From: Octopus bimaculoides
Taxonomy: Eukaryota
NCBI RefSeq assembly: GCF_001194135.2
Contig: NC_068999.1
Span: 26,675,185-26,709,069 of the forward strand
Direction of reading: 5' to 3'
DNA length: 33,885 bases
The notes beneath the pieces are model-generated. The model had not been told where the DNA came from. It made no database searches and saw nothing but the letters and a program-made list of their open reading frames with translations. Below are positions 10,388 to 22,256 of this stretch, in pieces (positions within the stretch are counted from its first letter, which is position 1; every line of letters starts with the position of its first letter). The position numbers and the translations under genes are program-made.

Positions 10388-11990
10388 TCCAAAGTTAGAA
10401 ACAAAACTTTGGACAAATTTTGTGACTACATTTCAAACTTTCCTTATAGTGAACTTCCACAACCTAAACCCAAACCCAACATCAGTAAAAGGGAATGGGA
10501 AATCATCTATGAGTTACGAAACAATCATGACATCACAATCAAGGAGGCAGATAAGGGTAGTACTGCCGTCATTATGGATACAAAAACTCTGTATCTCACC
10601 TCTTACAAGACACTACCTACTATGAAAGAGTAGTCAACTACCAACAATCAAAATCAATGACCAAATTAAACAGACTCATTAGCCAACACTGAAATAACTT
10701 AGCAGCAAAGGAATGCGACTACCTAACAAACTTTAATTGCAAAACCAGCATCCTCTATAGGCTTCCAAAAATCCACAAGAGCACAATTATTACCGAAGCT
10801 TGCAAAAAGTCCACTTCAACCTACATCACTGTACCACATCCCACTGATCTCAAACTGAGACCAATTGTGGCAGGCCCATACTGTGAAACACACAGATTAA
10901 GCAACTTTATCGATATCCTCTTGAAACCAATACTTAAACACATACCAAGTATTGTAAGAGATCACTTGAACCTACTAAATCATCTCCCCAAACATACCAA
11001 TAAAGACATTTTCATTTTCTCCTTTGATGTAATAAACCTTTACACTACGATCTCACATCAATATGGACTGGAAGCCATTAAATTCTGGCTAGAAAAATAC
11101 CTCAATGAGGCCCCAGTAAGAATAAAAAAGAATTCATCATCGAGGGCCTTAAGTTTATCCTCCAAAACAACTTTTTGAATTTTAATAACACCTACAGACA
11201 GGTATCAGGGACAGCGATGGGTACTAAAGTTGCCCCTACTTATGCAAACCTGGTGATAGCCTACCTAGAATTACAAATTTATGAAGAATCCAAATCTAAA
11301 TACGGCCTGTCTTTCCACATATATCTGTTGGAGAATTGGTAACGCTACTTGGATGATTGCCTCATCCTATGGTCCCACACACCCGACCAACTCATTGATT
11401 TCAAAAACTTAATCAACAGTGTCAACAACCATATCCAATTTACAATGGAATATAGTCAAGACCAACTACCTTTTCTTGACATTCTCATTATAAAAAGCAC
11501 CAGCATTGAAGCTGATATCCACTACAAACCAACTGAATCCAAACAATACCTTCTGTTCATTACCAATCACCCGAAACACACGAAGACAAACATTCCCTTC
11601 GACCTAGCGAGAAGAATCTGTACAATTGTCTCAAATTATAGAACACGAAATAAAAGACTCCAAGAACTAAAGGCAATTCTTCTCGAAAGACATTACCCAG
11701 CATCATTAGTTGACAATGGAATAGAACGGGCCAAGACAATTGCTACCTAAGACTTGCGAAAACCGGAACACACTCACAGTACATTAAATAGTCTCCCATA
11801 TCTCTCAATACACAATCCAAGAAATGCAGAAGCTTACACAATTATATACAAGAACATCCCACAGCTGAGTCAAGGCCCACGTCTAAAAAAAGCACTCGCA
11901 ACCCATAAAATAATGAAAAGCAAAATACAACCCAAATCCTTAAAAAAACCTACTCACCAATGCAAAATTACCCAACACAAGCCCGCCACC
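10388..11990 (+). mobile_element. Penelope-like retroelement reverse transcriptase pseudogene (Penelope/Poseidon type)
   Basis: Motifs across frames: IKEADKGSTAVIMD, LPKIHK, LRPIVAG, SFDVINLYTTI, GTAMGTKVAPTYANL, RYLDDC, FLDILI, YKPTESKQYL and HPKHTKTNIPF. Several frameshifts and stops. No GIY-YIG visible before the gap. Confidence 0.92.
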
Positions 11991-12230
11991 CAATAAATGA
12001 ATAAGGAAGGAAGGAAGGAAGGGGTGATGGCAAGCTGGTAGTGAGATGATGGAAATTCTACGGTGAAAAAATCAAACAGCGTTTCAANNNNNNNNNNNNN
12101 NNNNNNNNNNNNNNNNNNNNNNNNNNNNNNNNNNNNNNNNNNNNNNNNNNNNNNNNNNNNNNNNNNNNNNNNNNNNNNNNNNNNNNNNNNNNNNNNNNNN
12201 NNNNNNNNNNNNNNNNNNNNNNNNNNNNNN

Positions 12231-12270
<40 letters not shown>

Positions 12271-12782
12271 TGTGTATGTGTGTGTGTGTGCAATGGAAGT
12301 GGGATGGTGAAAATTCAACGCTGAAAAGAAAAATCAAACAGCGTTTCAACTCTGTGTGAGTATATGTGTGTATGTGTGTGCATGTACAAGGGAAGTATGT
12401 GAATGTTTGTATGTGTGAACCAGCGTTCTTTCAGTAAGAAACGACGACCGATGTACATCTCAAAAGACAACCACTAGATAACATTAACAAATGTATTAAT
12501 TTGATTTACCATCCATACTCTATCTGTTTTATCAAAAATAATTATTACAATCACACACACCTACACAAACATATACATATACAAACTCGTTAGAGAAAAT
12601 TATTATTGCTTGAGTGTATCAAGAATATAAAACGACTGCAGTTGAAAGGTATATTATAAACACACAACTTAATTTAATAGTTTATACATGTCACTATTTT
12701 ATTTATATTAGAATTTTTTTTATCCAGTGTTCTTTCAGTAACTATACATAAACTAACCAGCGTTATTTCAGTAATTAACCAC

Positions 12783-13331
12783 TCTCTGATGCCGTCAGGC
12801 ATGCCCCCACACAATCTAGCACTGAAGAAAAATTCCATTGTGATTTTGCTGAGAAATTTGGATCCTGCTAATGGCTTGCTGAATGGTAGTCGATTTTTGG
12901 TTTTATCTTCTACTGAATTTTATATTCATGCAAGGAAATGAAATGAAGCTGTAATACCACGAATTGATCTGCGTCCGAGTGAAACAGATCTACTCTTCAA
13001 TATGAGCAGGTAGCGGTTCCCTCTGATACCAGCTTTTGCCATGACCATAAACAAGTCGCAAGGACAGAGTTTCGAAAAAGTTGGTATTTACTTGCCAGTT
13101 CCCGTATTTAGCCACAGCCAGCTTTATGTGGCCTCAAGTTGTACAAGAAGGAAGGAAAACTTTAAAATTCTCTTGAAGGAAACAAGCAGTCAAGGGATGT
13201 TAGTTGCGGATAGATTTTTCACAAAAAAATTGGTAATAAAAGAATTATTAAACTAAAAAATGGTTTTGTACCTTATTTATATATAAAATACTACAATTAG
13301 CTGTTATTTTTGACGGCACGGGGCCAGCTAG
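12783..13331 (+). mobile_element. Helitron 3' end: PIF1-type helicase C-terminal fragment and CTAG terminus
   Basis: In-frame PSGMPPHNLALKKNSIVILLRNLDPANGLLNGSR...IPRIDL...[26 protein letters not shown]...[10 protein letters not shown], with 2 stops. GC-rich GACGGCACGGGCC followed by CTAG|T at 13328-13332. Confidence 0.88.
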
Positions 13332-13337
13332 TTAATA

Positions 13338-13490
13338 ATAAATAATGAAAATAATGAACTATCCATATTAACAATAACAATGAATAAAATAAAAATGAAA
13401 TAAAAGTTTTGTTTTGTAAAAAATCTTTATTTCATTTTTCTTTTATTTATTCTTATTATTAATATAATATTCATTATTTTCATTATTTAT
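13338..13490. repeat. AT-rich imperfect inverted repeat
   Basis: ATAAATAATGAAAATAATGAA (13338) versus TTCATTATTTTCATTATTTAT (13470-13490), with further inner complementarity. Confidence 0.6.
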
Positions 13491-14073
13491 CAATAATCTT
13501 TATTTTTATCTTTTATTTTTCTCCTTATATACTTTAATTTAGTATTTTTATTATTATTGTATTTAAATAAAAATAAAGATAGTAACACATGCACGCGCAC
13601 ACACATATACACGCACGCGTGCGCGCACTCTCCCACAACAAATACGCTTTCAACTGCTTAGTCTGTTGGAGTATTTCAACTGATCAAAATGTAAACTCTG
13701 TAATGTCCGTTTTGCCCTAAAGAGCTTCCACCCAGGGCACTCAAAATGCAAACTTATATTATTATATATGTTTTGTAATTTAAATTGGGTGTGAAGTGAA
13801 ACAATTGCAGGCAATGTTAATTAATAAATTAATTGATTCATATCCATTGAATCTCTCCATTTTAAAACTTNNNNNNNNNNNNNNNNNNNNNNNNNNNNNN
13901 NNNNNNNNNNNNNNNNNNNNNNNNNNNNNNNNNNNNNNNNNNNNNNNNNNNNNNNNNNNNNNNNNNNNNNNNNNNNNNNNNNNNNNNNNNNNNNNNNNNN
14001 NNNNNNNNNNNNNNNNNNNNNNNNNNNNNNNNNNNNNNNNNNNNNNNNNNNNNNNNNNNNNNNNNNNNNNNNN

Positions 14074-14235
14074 TTCGAACAAGGGAATCCAGCACCCCAA
14101 CTCAGCTCAAAACATCGGCGTACCGCGACTTCCGGGCTACTTTCCCTCATCAGCACAGATGAGGGGAAGTAGCCCGGAAGTCGCGGTACACAGATGTTTT
14201 GAGCTGAGTGGGGTTGCTGGATTCCTTTGTTCGAA
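14074..14235. repeat. 162 bp near-perfect palindrome (left end truncated by gap)
   Basis: Arms are complementary around a 6-nt loop AGCACA (14152-14157), with about 5 mismatches. Confidence 0.92.
14113..14161 (-). ncRNA. Type I hammerhead-like ribozyme motif
   Basis: Minus strand reads CATCTGTG-CTGATGA-GGG-aaagtag-CCC-GGAA-GTCGCGGTA-CGCCGATG. Stem I pairs at 7 of 8 positions (one G-U), CUGAUGA is exact, and stem II is 3 bp. GAAA reads GGAA and stem III is weak. Confidence 0.55.
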
Positions 14236-14451
14236 AGTATAAGGACGCAGATCGTGTCGTGTAGCCGGCTGGAGACGATGTCTCCTAGGGCTGAATTACA
14301 GCAACATTCGTCCTAGACCTGGACTGCCATGTTGCGTTGGCAAACAATCTTTACTACAATGTACTGTTGCTGAATATCTCTCGTGAAATTAAAAAAAAGT
14401 GATTTTCTTATATATACATATGTATGCATGTATGTATTCATATATGGAGAG

Positions 14452-14504
14452 TGAGAGAGAGAGAGAGGGAAGGAGAGAGAGAGGGAAGGAGAGAGAGAGA
14501 GAAG

Positions 14505-14582
<78 letters not shown>
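14452..14582. repeat. (GA)n microsatellite
   Basis: Long GA run. Confidence 0.95.
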
Positions 14583-14585
<3 letters not shown>

Positions 14586-15084
14586 TGTTAATAGAAACAT
14601 TAACAATTTTCAAGATTGAACAACGTACATTTTAGACTATAATCGTCTTAAGAAAGAAAACAGTGATTAGCTCCCACATGAAAATATACTAAAACTACTG
14701 AATTATGCTTAGAAATTTATGAATGTATTATTATCATATATACGCTATGAAACCTATAAATGTTTCTTCATATTACAAAGAGGAAGTTTTGAGAATGTTA
14801 TTTGGATTGTTAACGTTCGTAATGCTAATTACTCAATATTGTGTTTTACAGCTAATTTTGTAGTTTATGTTGGATGAGAATATTCCATTTTTTTTCCATT
14901 TTTTATAGTCTATTATTTTTTCTATTTCCTTGTTATCTTGAACGTTATTTTGGTTGTGTGGTCTGGTGTAATGTGCTTAAGATTGTCTTCGGTAATTGAT
15001 GTATTCATTGTTGTCTTGTAAGATATGGCTTTTAAGATATGGCTATAATTATGTTGAATGTATGCACTGCAGTTGCTACTTCAG

Positions 15085-15215
15085 ATGCAGGGACGGCCAA
15101 GGGGTTGAAAAAAGTTCGTTTTGCAATCGTATAGTTCTAGGTTCGTTTCCACTGCTCCATTTCCTGGACAAGTGGGTTTTACTCTAGTCTTAGATCTATC
15201 CAAACCTTGTGAATA
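15085..15215 (+). mobile_element. Old, diverged SINE head
   Basis: GGTTCGTTTCCACTGC...GGACAAGTG...CCAAACCTTGTGAAT resembles the head of the 24281-24432 SINE. Confidence 0.45.
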
Positions 15216-15625
15216 AAACTCCCAAATCCTGCTGGATGAACTGCGTCGGTAATACAAAGGACCAATCTTGTCATACTATGTCGCGCTGATTCTCCCCGAG
15301 ACTTACGCTACAGAATATTCATCCACTAACGTTAAAGTGAGTAGGCAGGTCTGTCACAAATCAAATACTCATCTTTGTAACCGACAGAGATCCATTGTTG
15401 GTGTGACTGTATTCTGTTACTTGATAGAACTCGTTCCATTGTAAGTTTCTCGTTTTTTCATTGAAGAACGAGTGTGCTGCGATAATAATTAAGAGGTGTT
15501 CGTGGAAAATTGACGAATTTATTATATACACATGTTTGTGGTAACTAGGTGTGTGAAACAGAATGTGATGTTTGAGGAAAAGTTGTTGTAGTTATTTTTG
15601 TGAGGTAAGTGTGTGTCGATGTAGA

Positions 15626-16050
15626 TTATTTACTAATATCACTAATATTTGTGAAACCCTTAGCAAAGAAAAGTGCCTTCATCAATAACTCTATTGAAAT
15701 CGATGGATAAAAATTGACAAAGTCTAACTGTGTAAACCTAGCCCTGCCTCTGACCCCGTTGGCAATAAACCACGAGGTTACCTTATTGGTGCTACTCCAT
15801 AGATAGAGGCTCGTGTGTCTTCTTATGTCAACATTAATCTTCCTCAGTTTATACTTACTCGTCTGGCCAATCTCAGATTTGGTCGGGTTGATCAGACGGC
15901 ATTTGGGGTTAGAAGCAAAATTCAGCTTGTCTTTTAAAGTGATAAAGGCATTTCTCTTGGCCAATTTCTCTACTCTGTCTGCTATACCTAGGCTAACTGC
16001 GATGTAGAAAGTTAAATTTTTTTGTCTTTGTATAGAGTCTGTCGAGCTGT
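15626..16050 (-). mobile_element. Second, distinct Penelope-like RT fragment (resembles Naiad/Chlamys-type RT)
   Basis: AFITLKDKLNFASNPKCRLINPTKSEIG...STNKVTSWF...FTQLDFVNFYPSI..LLMKALFFAK. The sequence stops before the YxDD region. Confidence 0.75.
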
Positions 16051-17675
16051 CTACAAGGCTTTGGCTTTGTGGATACGAAACCTTTGGTAACTTCATGTCC
16101 AAAAACTAACATTTTTGTTGTAATAATTACTGTTCTATTCTTTAGAGTATGCTTCTTTTCTGATATATGTATTATTGACTATATATATATATATATATAT
16201 TTGTTATATTTATATAGTTTGTGTTGCTGGTATCTGTTTCAAAAGCCTTAAATTCTAGGGAAGCGTGATTTCCGTTTAGTTTACGAAAGTCAATTGTGAT
16301 ATTTAAATATTCAATGCACGCGTTTATATATGTAATAAGGCCGCCACCGTTTGTATAATTTGATTTGTATATAATTTGGAATGCTGGCAGTTCTGTGTTT
16401 AAGTTGTAAGAATGCTTCCTGAATTATTGTTACGTGATTATGGTGTGGTTATAAAATCTTTTAGTTCAGAAAACGTGATTTTAATACCGTTAATATCGAA
16501 CCAGTCCAGTTGGGTTGGTGGAAGTGTTGGATGATCGGGGGAGATGCCTAACGGTATCTGTTCCGATTCTTTGTGTTCTGACAGTAACACCAGCAACGAT
16601 ACTGTTGCCAAGCTGTGTCGGGTCAAGTCGGTGAGCCTCCCTCGGATAAATAAGCATCAATGGTATGGAAGGGGAAGACTTGTATTCATGGGCAATTGCT
16701 ACTCTTCTTCAAAAAATCATATTCAGGCCTGCATATACATGTTCATATGTATGATCAACATTGACTGACAGAGTCCCTACAATGTCATACTGCAGAATTT
16801 TTATATTTTGATGTGCTATACTTACAAAGTTTGATTTTGTGCATGAAGCATTCATTATTGCATGTATTCTGTAGGGACCCATGAGATAACAGCGACACTT
16901 TCTTCGTATGTTATTTGTTGTACTTTGGATTTGGTAGATGTTTATTCGTTTGGAGCTAGGATTCTTGGTGCTTGTTGTTGTAAAGCTGTAATTGTTATGC
17001 AGTTGTCTTGGGAACGGTGGGCGGCATAACTGCTATGTCTTCATATTTATTTGTGTGTATGCGTGCTATATATTGAAAATTCATATTTCTGTTAAAACTA
17101 AAATAAAATCCTTTAATTAAATATTTTATATAGTCATTAAGTACAACAATAAAACGTGAAATCATAATCAAAAGCAAAAATGTTCATATGCTCAAAATAG
17201 CCAAGTTTGATGAAACATATGCTTGCTTTCCTGTGTTTTAAAGAAAAATACTAGCAAGTATTTCAACCTAAATACATTGAATTTCTATTTTAGTACAATG
17301 CTAAAGAGTAATATACGCCAGTGCATAATCGAACCAATCAACTCGCGGTATATTATTGTTTTTTTTTCATGCCGAATATAGAATGATGAAATTCAGGCTG
17401 GCTTTCGTGGTGGTTTTTTGCAGGAATCGCTTTACTAATTCTGCCATCAACCACCTTCTCAATCTTGAAAAATTAGAATGTATAATAAATTGTCTAACAT
17501 ATATTATATTTCAACAACGAGACGAAACAATATAGTAAGTGACAACATTTAGTTTCATCCCTTTTGGTTCTGGATTGAAATATAACCGAAGCTATCTTAT
17601 CTATTTCTTGAGATTACTAAAATACGGCACCAATAATATGCCAATTTGATTCAATCGATTATATTTGTCGCTAGA

Positions 17676-18010
17676 GAAGGTGCATAGTTCAGTGGTTAGA
17701 GCGTCGGGATCTCAATCATGAGATAGTGCGATTCTCAGACTCGACTGTGTTGTGTTCTTGAGGAAGATATTTTATTCCACGGTGATCTAGTTCACTCAAC
17801 TGCAGAAATGAGCTGTAACGTCACTGGTGCCAGGTTGTATCGGCCTTTGCCTTTCTCTTGGATAACATCAGTGACGTGGAGAGGGGAGGCTGATATGCAT
17901 GGGCGACTGCTGATCTTCCATAAACAACCTTGTCTGGACTTGTGCCTCGGAAGGAAACTTTCCAGGTGCAATCCCAAGGTCATTCATGAGAGAAGGAGTT
18001 CCATTATTGT
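17676..18010 (+). mobile_element. tRNA-derived CORE-like SINE (diverged)
   Basis: A-box TAGTTCAGTGG, eroded B-box, and CORE-like TTCACTCAACTGCAGAAATGAG followed by a family body. Confidence 0.65.
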
Positions 18011-18720
18011 CCCTAAAAATATTGGTATTGTATCTAAGTAAGGAATTAGTTTCAATTTATGATCAACACGCTTTCACTTTTGATCAATGTGATATTTTGA
18101 CATGAATATACATAGAAAATATTTGACGTTATGTATCATTGTTATTGGAGTATGCTGCAGTACATTAGAATTCATCCCAGTATTGACGGTGATAAACAAT
18201 TGTGTACATTTCAGTTTCTTGCTACAGCGTTTGTTCATTGTAGACTTATGAAAGTACTTGAATTCAGCACAGCAAGAAAACAAAAAAAAAAACAAAAAAA
18301 AAAACAAAACTGATACAGCTGTTTACACTGGAGAGACATAAGCTAAAATGTTATCTGTTTACTTCTAGGTGGCTTGGTCTAGAAAGAATTTTTTGTCTTT
18401 ATCAAGAAACTGAGCGCATAGGTAGGTTGTAACAAACATTTAAGCTGTTAGGGCACACTACCGTAACAATTTTTCAAAACATTGACAGGGAATTTTTAGC
18501 AATAAACTTTCTTACCCCATTGATTTTAAAGGTAATGGTTAGCACTTCATACACTGTATGTGTTCTGGACCCTCAATTTTCATACAGTCGTTAAGATGGA
18601 GAATAAATCAGAATCGTTGATCTTTCTTCGTTAACATGGCACTTAAAGTAAACACTGGGATCTAATAACAAATTTGTCAATGTTACAGTGCTTCTACTTA
18701 CAGCAGTGAAGTCAGCGTCC

Positions 18721-18964
18721 TGAAAGGCAAAGTCGACCTCGGCGGAATTTGAACTCAGCACGTAGCGGCAGACGAAATACAGCTTAGCATTTCGCCCGGC
18801 GTGCTAACAATACTGGCAGCTCACCGCCTTAGTATTAGAGATAATTGTGAAGACGCGGAGCCTAGGGGTTGGGGTGCTGCACTCATGACTGCTAGATCGT
18901 GGGTTCGATCTCCGTACTAGGCGGCGCAAAACCCTTCATTTCACGTTACCCCAGCCCACTCAGG
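18721..18964. repeat. Inverted duplicate of 19805-20048 (two head-to-head SINE 5' halves)
   Basis: 244 bp reverse-complement match at about 96% by eye. Both SINEs are truncated at the copy edges. Confidence 0.9.
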
Positions 18965-19474
18965 CATAGAGAGATATTAAATCTCACATTGGCTTCTTTT
19001 AGCTAGATACAAAACCCTATATTGTAAAGGGGAGCGTAACAGGAAGCGTTTCACAAGCGTGTTAAAAAGTCTAAATAAAGTGAAATGACTTCACCCAAAA
19101 TGAAACTGCGTAGCGGTCTTAGTTTGCCGAGATCTAATTCTTTGCTCGGCAGAACTCTCTCCAAAACAGTATTATGATAAACATTATGAATGGACAATTA
19201 ATCGAAACTCCACATGATAACATGATAATTGAGCAAAATAAAAATAACATTTTCATTGTTTTCAATATAGATTTACTCAGAATTTAGTGTGGGCGTTTAC
19301 GAAAACCAAATAGAGAAATGCGGAAACAGTTGAAGTCATAATGTTTTAGAGGATGTTCTACATGTTTTTTAAATTTGGGAGAAATGATTAAGCTCTAAAA
19401 CTAAACCAGAATAGCTTTTGCTAGTTTGAGACGGGAAGTTGATATTCCAATCAAAAAGGATAAAATAATATACA

Positions 19475-19496
19475 GGGAGAGAGAGAGAGAGAGAGG

Positions 19497-19545
<49 letters not shown>
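19475..19545. repeat. (AG)n microsatellite
   Basis: AG run. Confidence 0.95.
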
Positions 19546-19550
<5 letters not shown>

Positions 19551-19639
19551 TGTTTGGACTGTGTGGTCATTGATGCGAAAGTAAACCTGCGAATTATGTT
19601 TTCAACTTGTAGCAATTTCTCTTCATTTACCACCAGTAT

Positions 19640-19917
19640 AATTATCACGGTGTTGACCAGACTATCGGATGGTGATAGACATCGCTGGCCACAATGAGCT
19701 TCGCATTGTTTTAGCCTTCGAATGATGCCATCTCGCTGGCTAAGGCGAGCTGCCACCCCCCTCGCTATCGAAAGACTATTCCGTCTGAAGGCTACCCATT
19801 TACACCTGAGTGGGCTGGGGCAACGTGAAATGAAGGGTTTTGCGCCGCCTGGTACGGAGATCGAACCCATGATCTATCAGTCATGAGTGCAGCACCCCAA
19901 CCACTAGGCTCCGCGTC
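19640..19917 (-). mobile_element. Full-length tRNA-derived CORE-like SINE
   Basis: Minus strand has GCGGAGCCTAGTGG (A-box), GGGTTCGATCTCC (B-box) and TTCACGTTGCCCCAGCCCACTCAGGTGTAAATGGG (CORE-like). Confidence 0.8.
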
Positions 19918-19938
19918 TTCACAATTATCTCTAATACT

Positions 19939-20146
19939 AAGGCGGTGAGCTTCAAGTATTATTAGCACGCCGGGCGAAATGCTAAGCTGTATTTCGTCTG
20001 CCGCTACGTGCTGAGTTCAAATTCCGCCGAGGTCGACTTTGCCTTTCATCCTTTCAGGGTCGATAAATTAAGTACCCGTTGCGTACTGGGGTCGATCTAA
20101 TCGACTCCCCCAAAATTTCGGGCCTTGTGCCTAGAGTAGAAAAAAA
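19939..20146 (+). mobile_element. Full-length tRNA-derived SINE with 16-bp target-site duplication
   Basis: B-box GAGTTCAAATTCC, central GCCTTTCATCCTTTCAGGGTCGATAAATTAAGTACC and an A tail. TSD AATTATCTCTAATACT at 19923-19938 and 20147-20162. Confidence 0.88.
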
Positions 20147-21024
20147 AATTATCTCTAATACTTTTTAAAAAGGCAGGAATGCCAGAATTTTCATTTCAAT
20201 TGTTGCTAAAATTTTTGGTTCAAACATTTCTGGAGAAGGCGATGAAAAGTACCTTCAATGCATCCTCTTCTGAGAGACTACGATATAACAAACTATGTAC
20301 AACAATGAATATAATTTTTTTCTAAAGCTAATATTCACTTAGATTAAATGAAGCAAGTAATTTTCTGATTGACCTTAGTAAACGTATAATAATTGTTATT
20401 GCTCGGTTTGGCTAGCTCTATTTCTTTACTGAATATCCTTCAGAACAAGGTGATATTTTTGTAATAACTTGAAGCAATGATTTCTCTCGAAGTTTAACAT
20501 AGGTGTCGTCCAGATAATTGGTTACCTAATTGGTTATACATGCTTTGTGTTTAACAGAATCGAATAATTCTCACCAATATCGATAAACACAGTTTACCCG
20601 ACTGTTGAATATTGTAGCATTCTATTTTAATTTTCTCCCTTCAGGAATGAAAACTTTGCACGTTTAGACAGAGAAATATGTTCTTTGATTAGTTCTGCGA
20701 AACAATTTTACTTTGTCTTTATTTAACAATAGAAAGTTACTTGAGGTTTCACACGAAAATATTTATACAATGTCTCCAGTTACATTTGCTTTTAATTCAG
20801 ATGTGTGGTACAATTTATGATGCTTTTATGTGATACCAAATCTATACTAAGAAGTCTCTGTAACTATTTGCGAAGAACCTCATCATTAAATACACCTACA
20901 TAAAAGTACCCTTGGCAAGAGGATTTTAGATTATCGGAAAGTTTTCATCTGCTGGAAATTAAGTATTTTAAAGCCAGAAAGATCTCATATTTCACTTGTT
21001 TGATGTAAAAGAAATACTTGGATT

Positions 21025-22256
21025 TACGAACTACATTCCAGAAGTTTTGAGGCATTTTTTTTTGAGGAGAGGCAGTTATAACTGTTCTAGGTTATTATGA
21101 GTTTAGTATATCATTACTATACATCTAATAAGCTGACCTGCCAACTTTTGTTATTCTAGATTGAAGGAGACTGTGCAATACATTTTTGTGTTAAACTGGG
21201 CAAAAACGGTACAGAAACTTATGAAATGCTCCAATGTGCTTATGGATTAACTTGTATGAGCCGAGCATATGCTTTTCGCTGGGACAAAAGGTTTAAGAAC
21301 GGTAGAGAGGATGAGAGGATTGGGAGGGAGAGGGACGCCAGACTATCAGAACTGGCTGAAAAAATTCGCAATTTCTAGATGAAGGCTCTCGTGTGTCTAT
21401 AAAGACAATAAGAATACAGTTTAGATATGGTGTGGCAACTGTGCACAGAATTATTCATGAAAATCTAAACATGCGCAAAATCTGTGCAAAGTTGTTCCCA
21501 GAGTGTTCAGTGACGAAGTGAAGGACAGATACGTTGGTGACAGCAGGGAGATGGTTGAACTCATTACCTCCAGTCCAAGAGTACTTGAGTCTCTGGTGAC
21601 CTGTGAAGAAAGCTGGATCTACTGTTATGATCCAGAGACCAAGAGACAGATTGCTCAATGGAAGCATCCTGGCTCCCTCAAGCCAAAAAAGGCCAGACAA
21701 AACAAGTCAAGTCAAGCGGGAAGCTCATGATGACCCCCTTTCTCGACAATAAAGACATATACATCTACTGGGTTACCTCTGATCAGGCGGTCAACAAAGA
21801 GTACTTTGTGGAGGTCTTGAGGGAGTTCAGGAAGAGATTTGGTTGCAAAAGGCCAGAGCTCTTCTACTCGGATCGGTAGCACCTGCACCAGAACAATTCA
21901 TCTGTCCACAATTCCATCATCCTGGTAACCAACTACTTGACAGAGATGGCCATCAAAGCTGTCCGTCACCCTCCCTACAGTCTAGACTTTGCGTCCTGTG
22001 ACTTTTGGCTGTTCCTCAAGCTGAAGGAGAATCTCAGGGACAGTCGTTTTGAAGATATTGAGGTGAAGAGCTGTGACAAGGGTCCTGGACACCTTCACTT
22101 TGGAGGATCCATGGGGTCTTTACGAAGTGGATGGAGTGCTACAACAAGTATATGAAGTTAGAGGATCCTACTTCGAAGGAGCTTAGAATTGTACTTCTTT
22201 GAAATTAATATATCTCTCATGAAAAATGTCTCAAAACTTCCTGAATACAACTTGTA
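21025..22256 (+). mobile_element. Near full-length decayed mariner (DD34D) element
   Basis: Degenerate 33-bp TIRs with TA ends (25/33 match). Transposase motifs FCVKLGK..TETYEML, WIYCYDPETKRQ, HQNNSSVH and HPPYSLDFASCDFWLF. Many frameshifts. Confidence 0.9.

Noticed and set aside
9113-10633. Cys/Val-rich and His/Thr-rich ORFs
   Set aside because: Translations of TG/CA microsatellite, not proteins. Only the part after 10388 is PLE coding.
12783-13256. Host PIF1 helicase exon
   Set aside because: In-frame stops, no splice context, and a Helitron CTAG terminus about 75 bp after the stop.
3439-14156. Long ORFs made mostly of X in the ORF track
   Set aside because: Artefacts of N-gaps (3493-3786, 6944-7641, 8311-8964, 12088-12230, 13871-14073).
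16257-16270. 13-bp match GGGAAGCGTGATT to the insertion in tRNA-like copy C (~4534)
   Set aside because: Too short to distinguish from chance without a family alignment.
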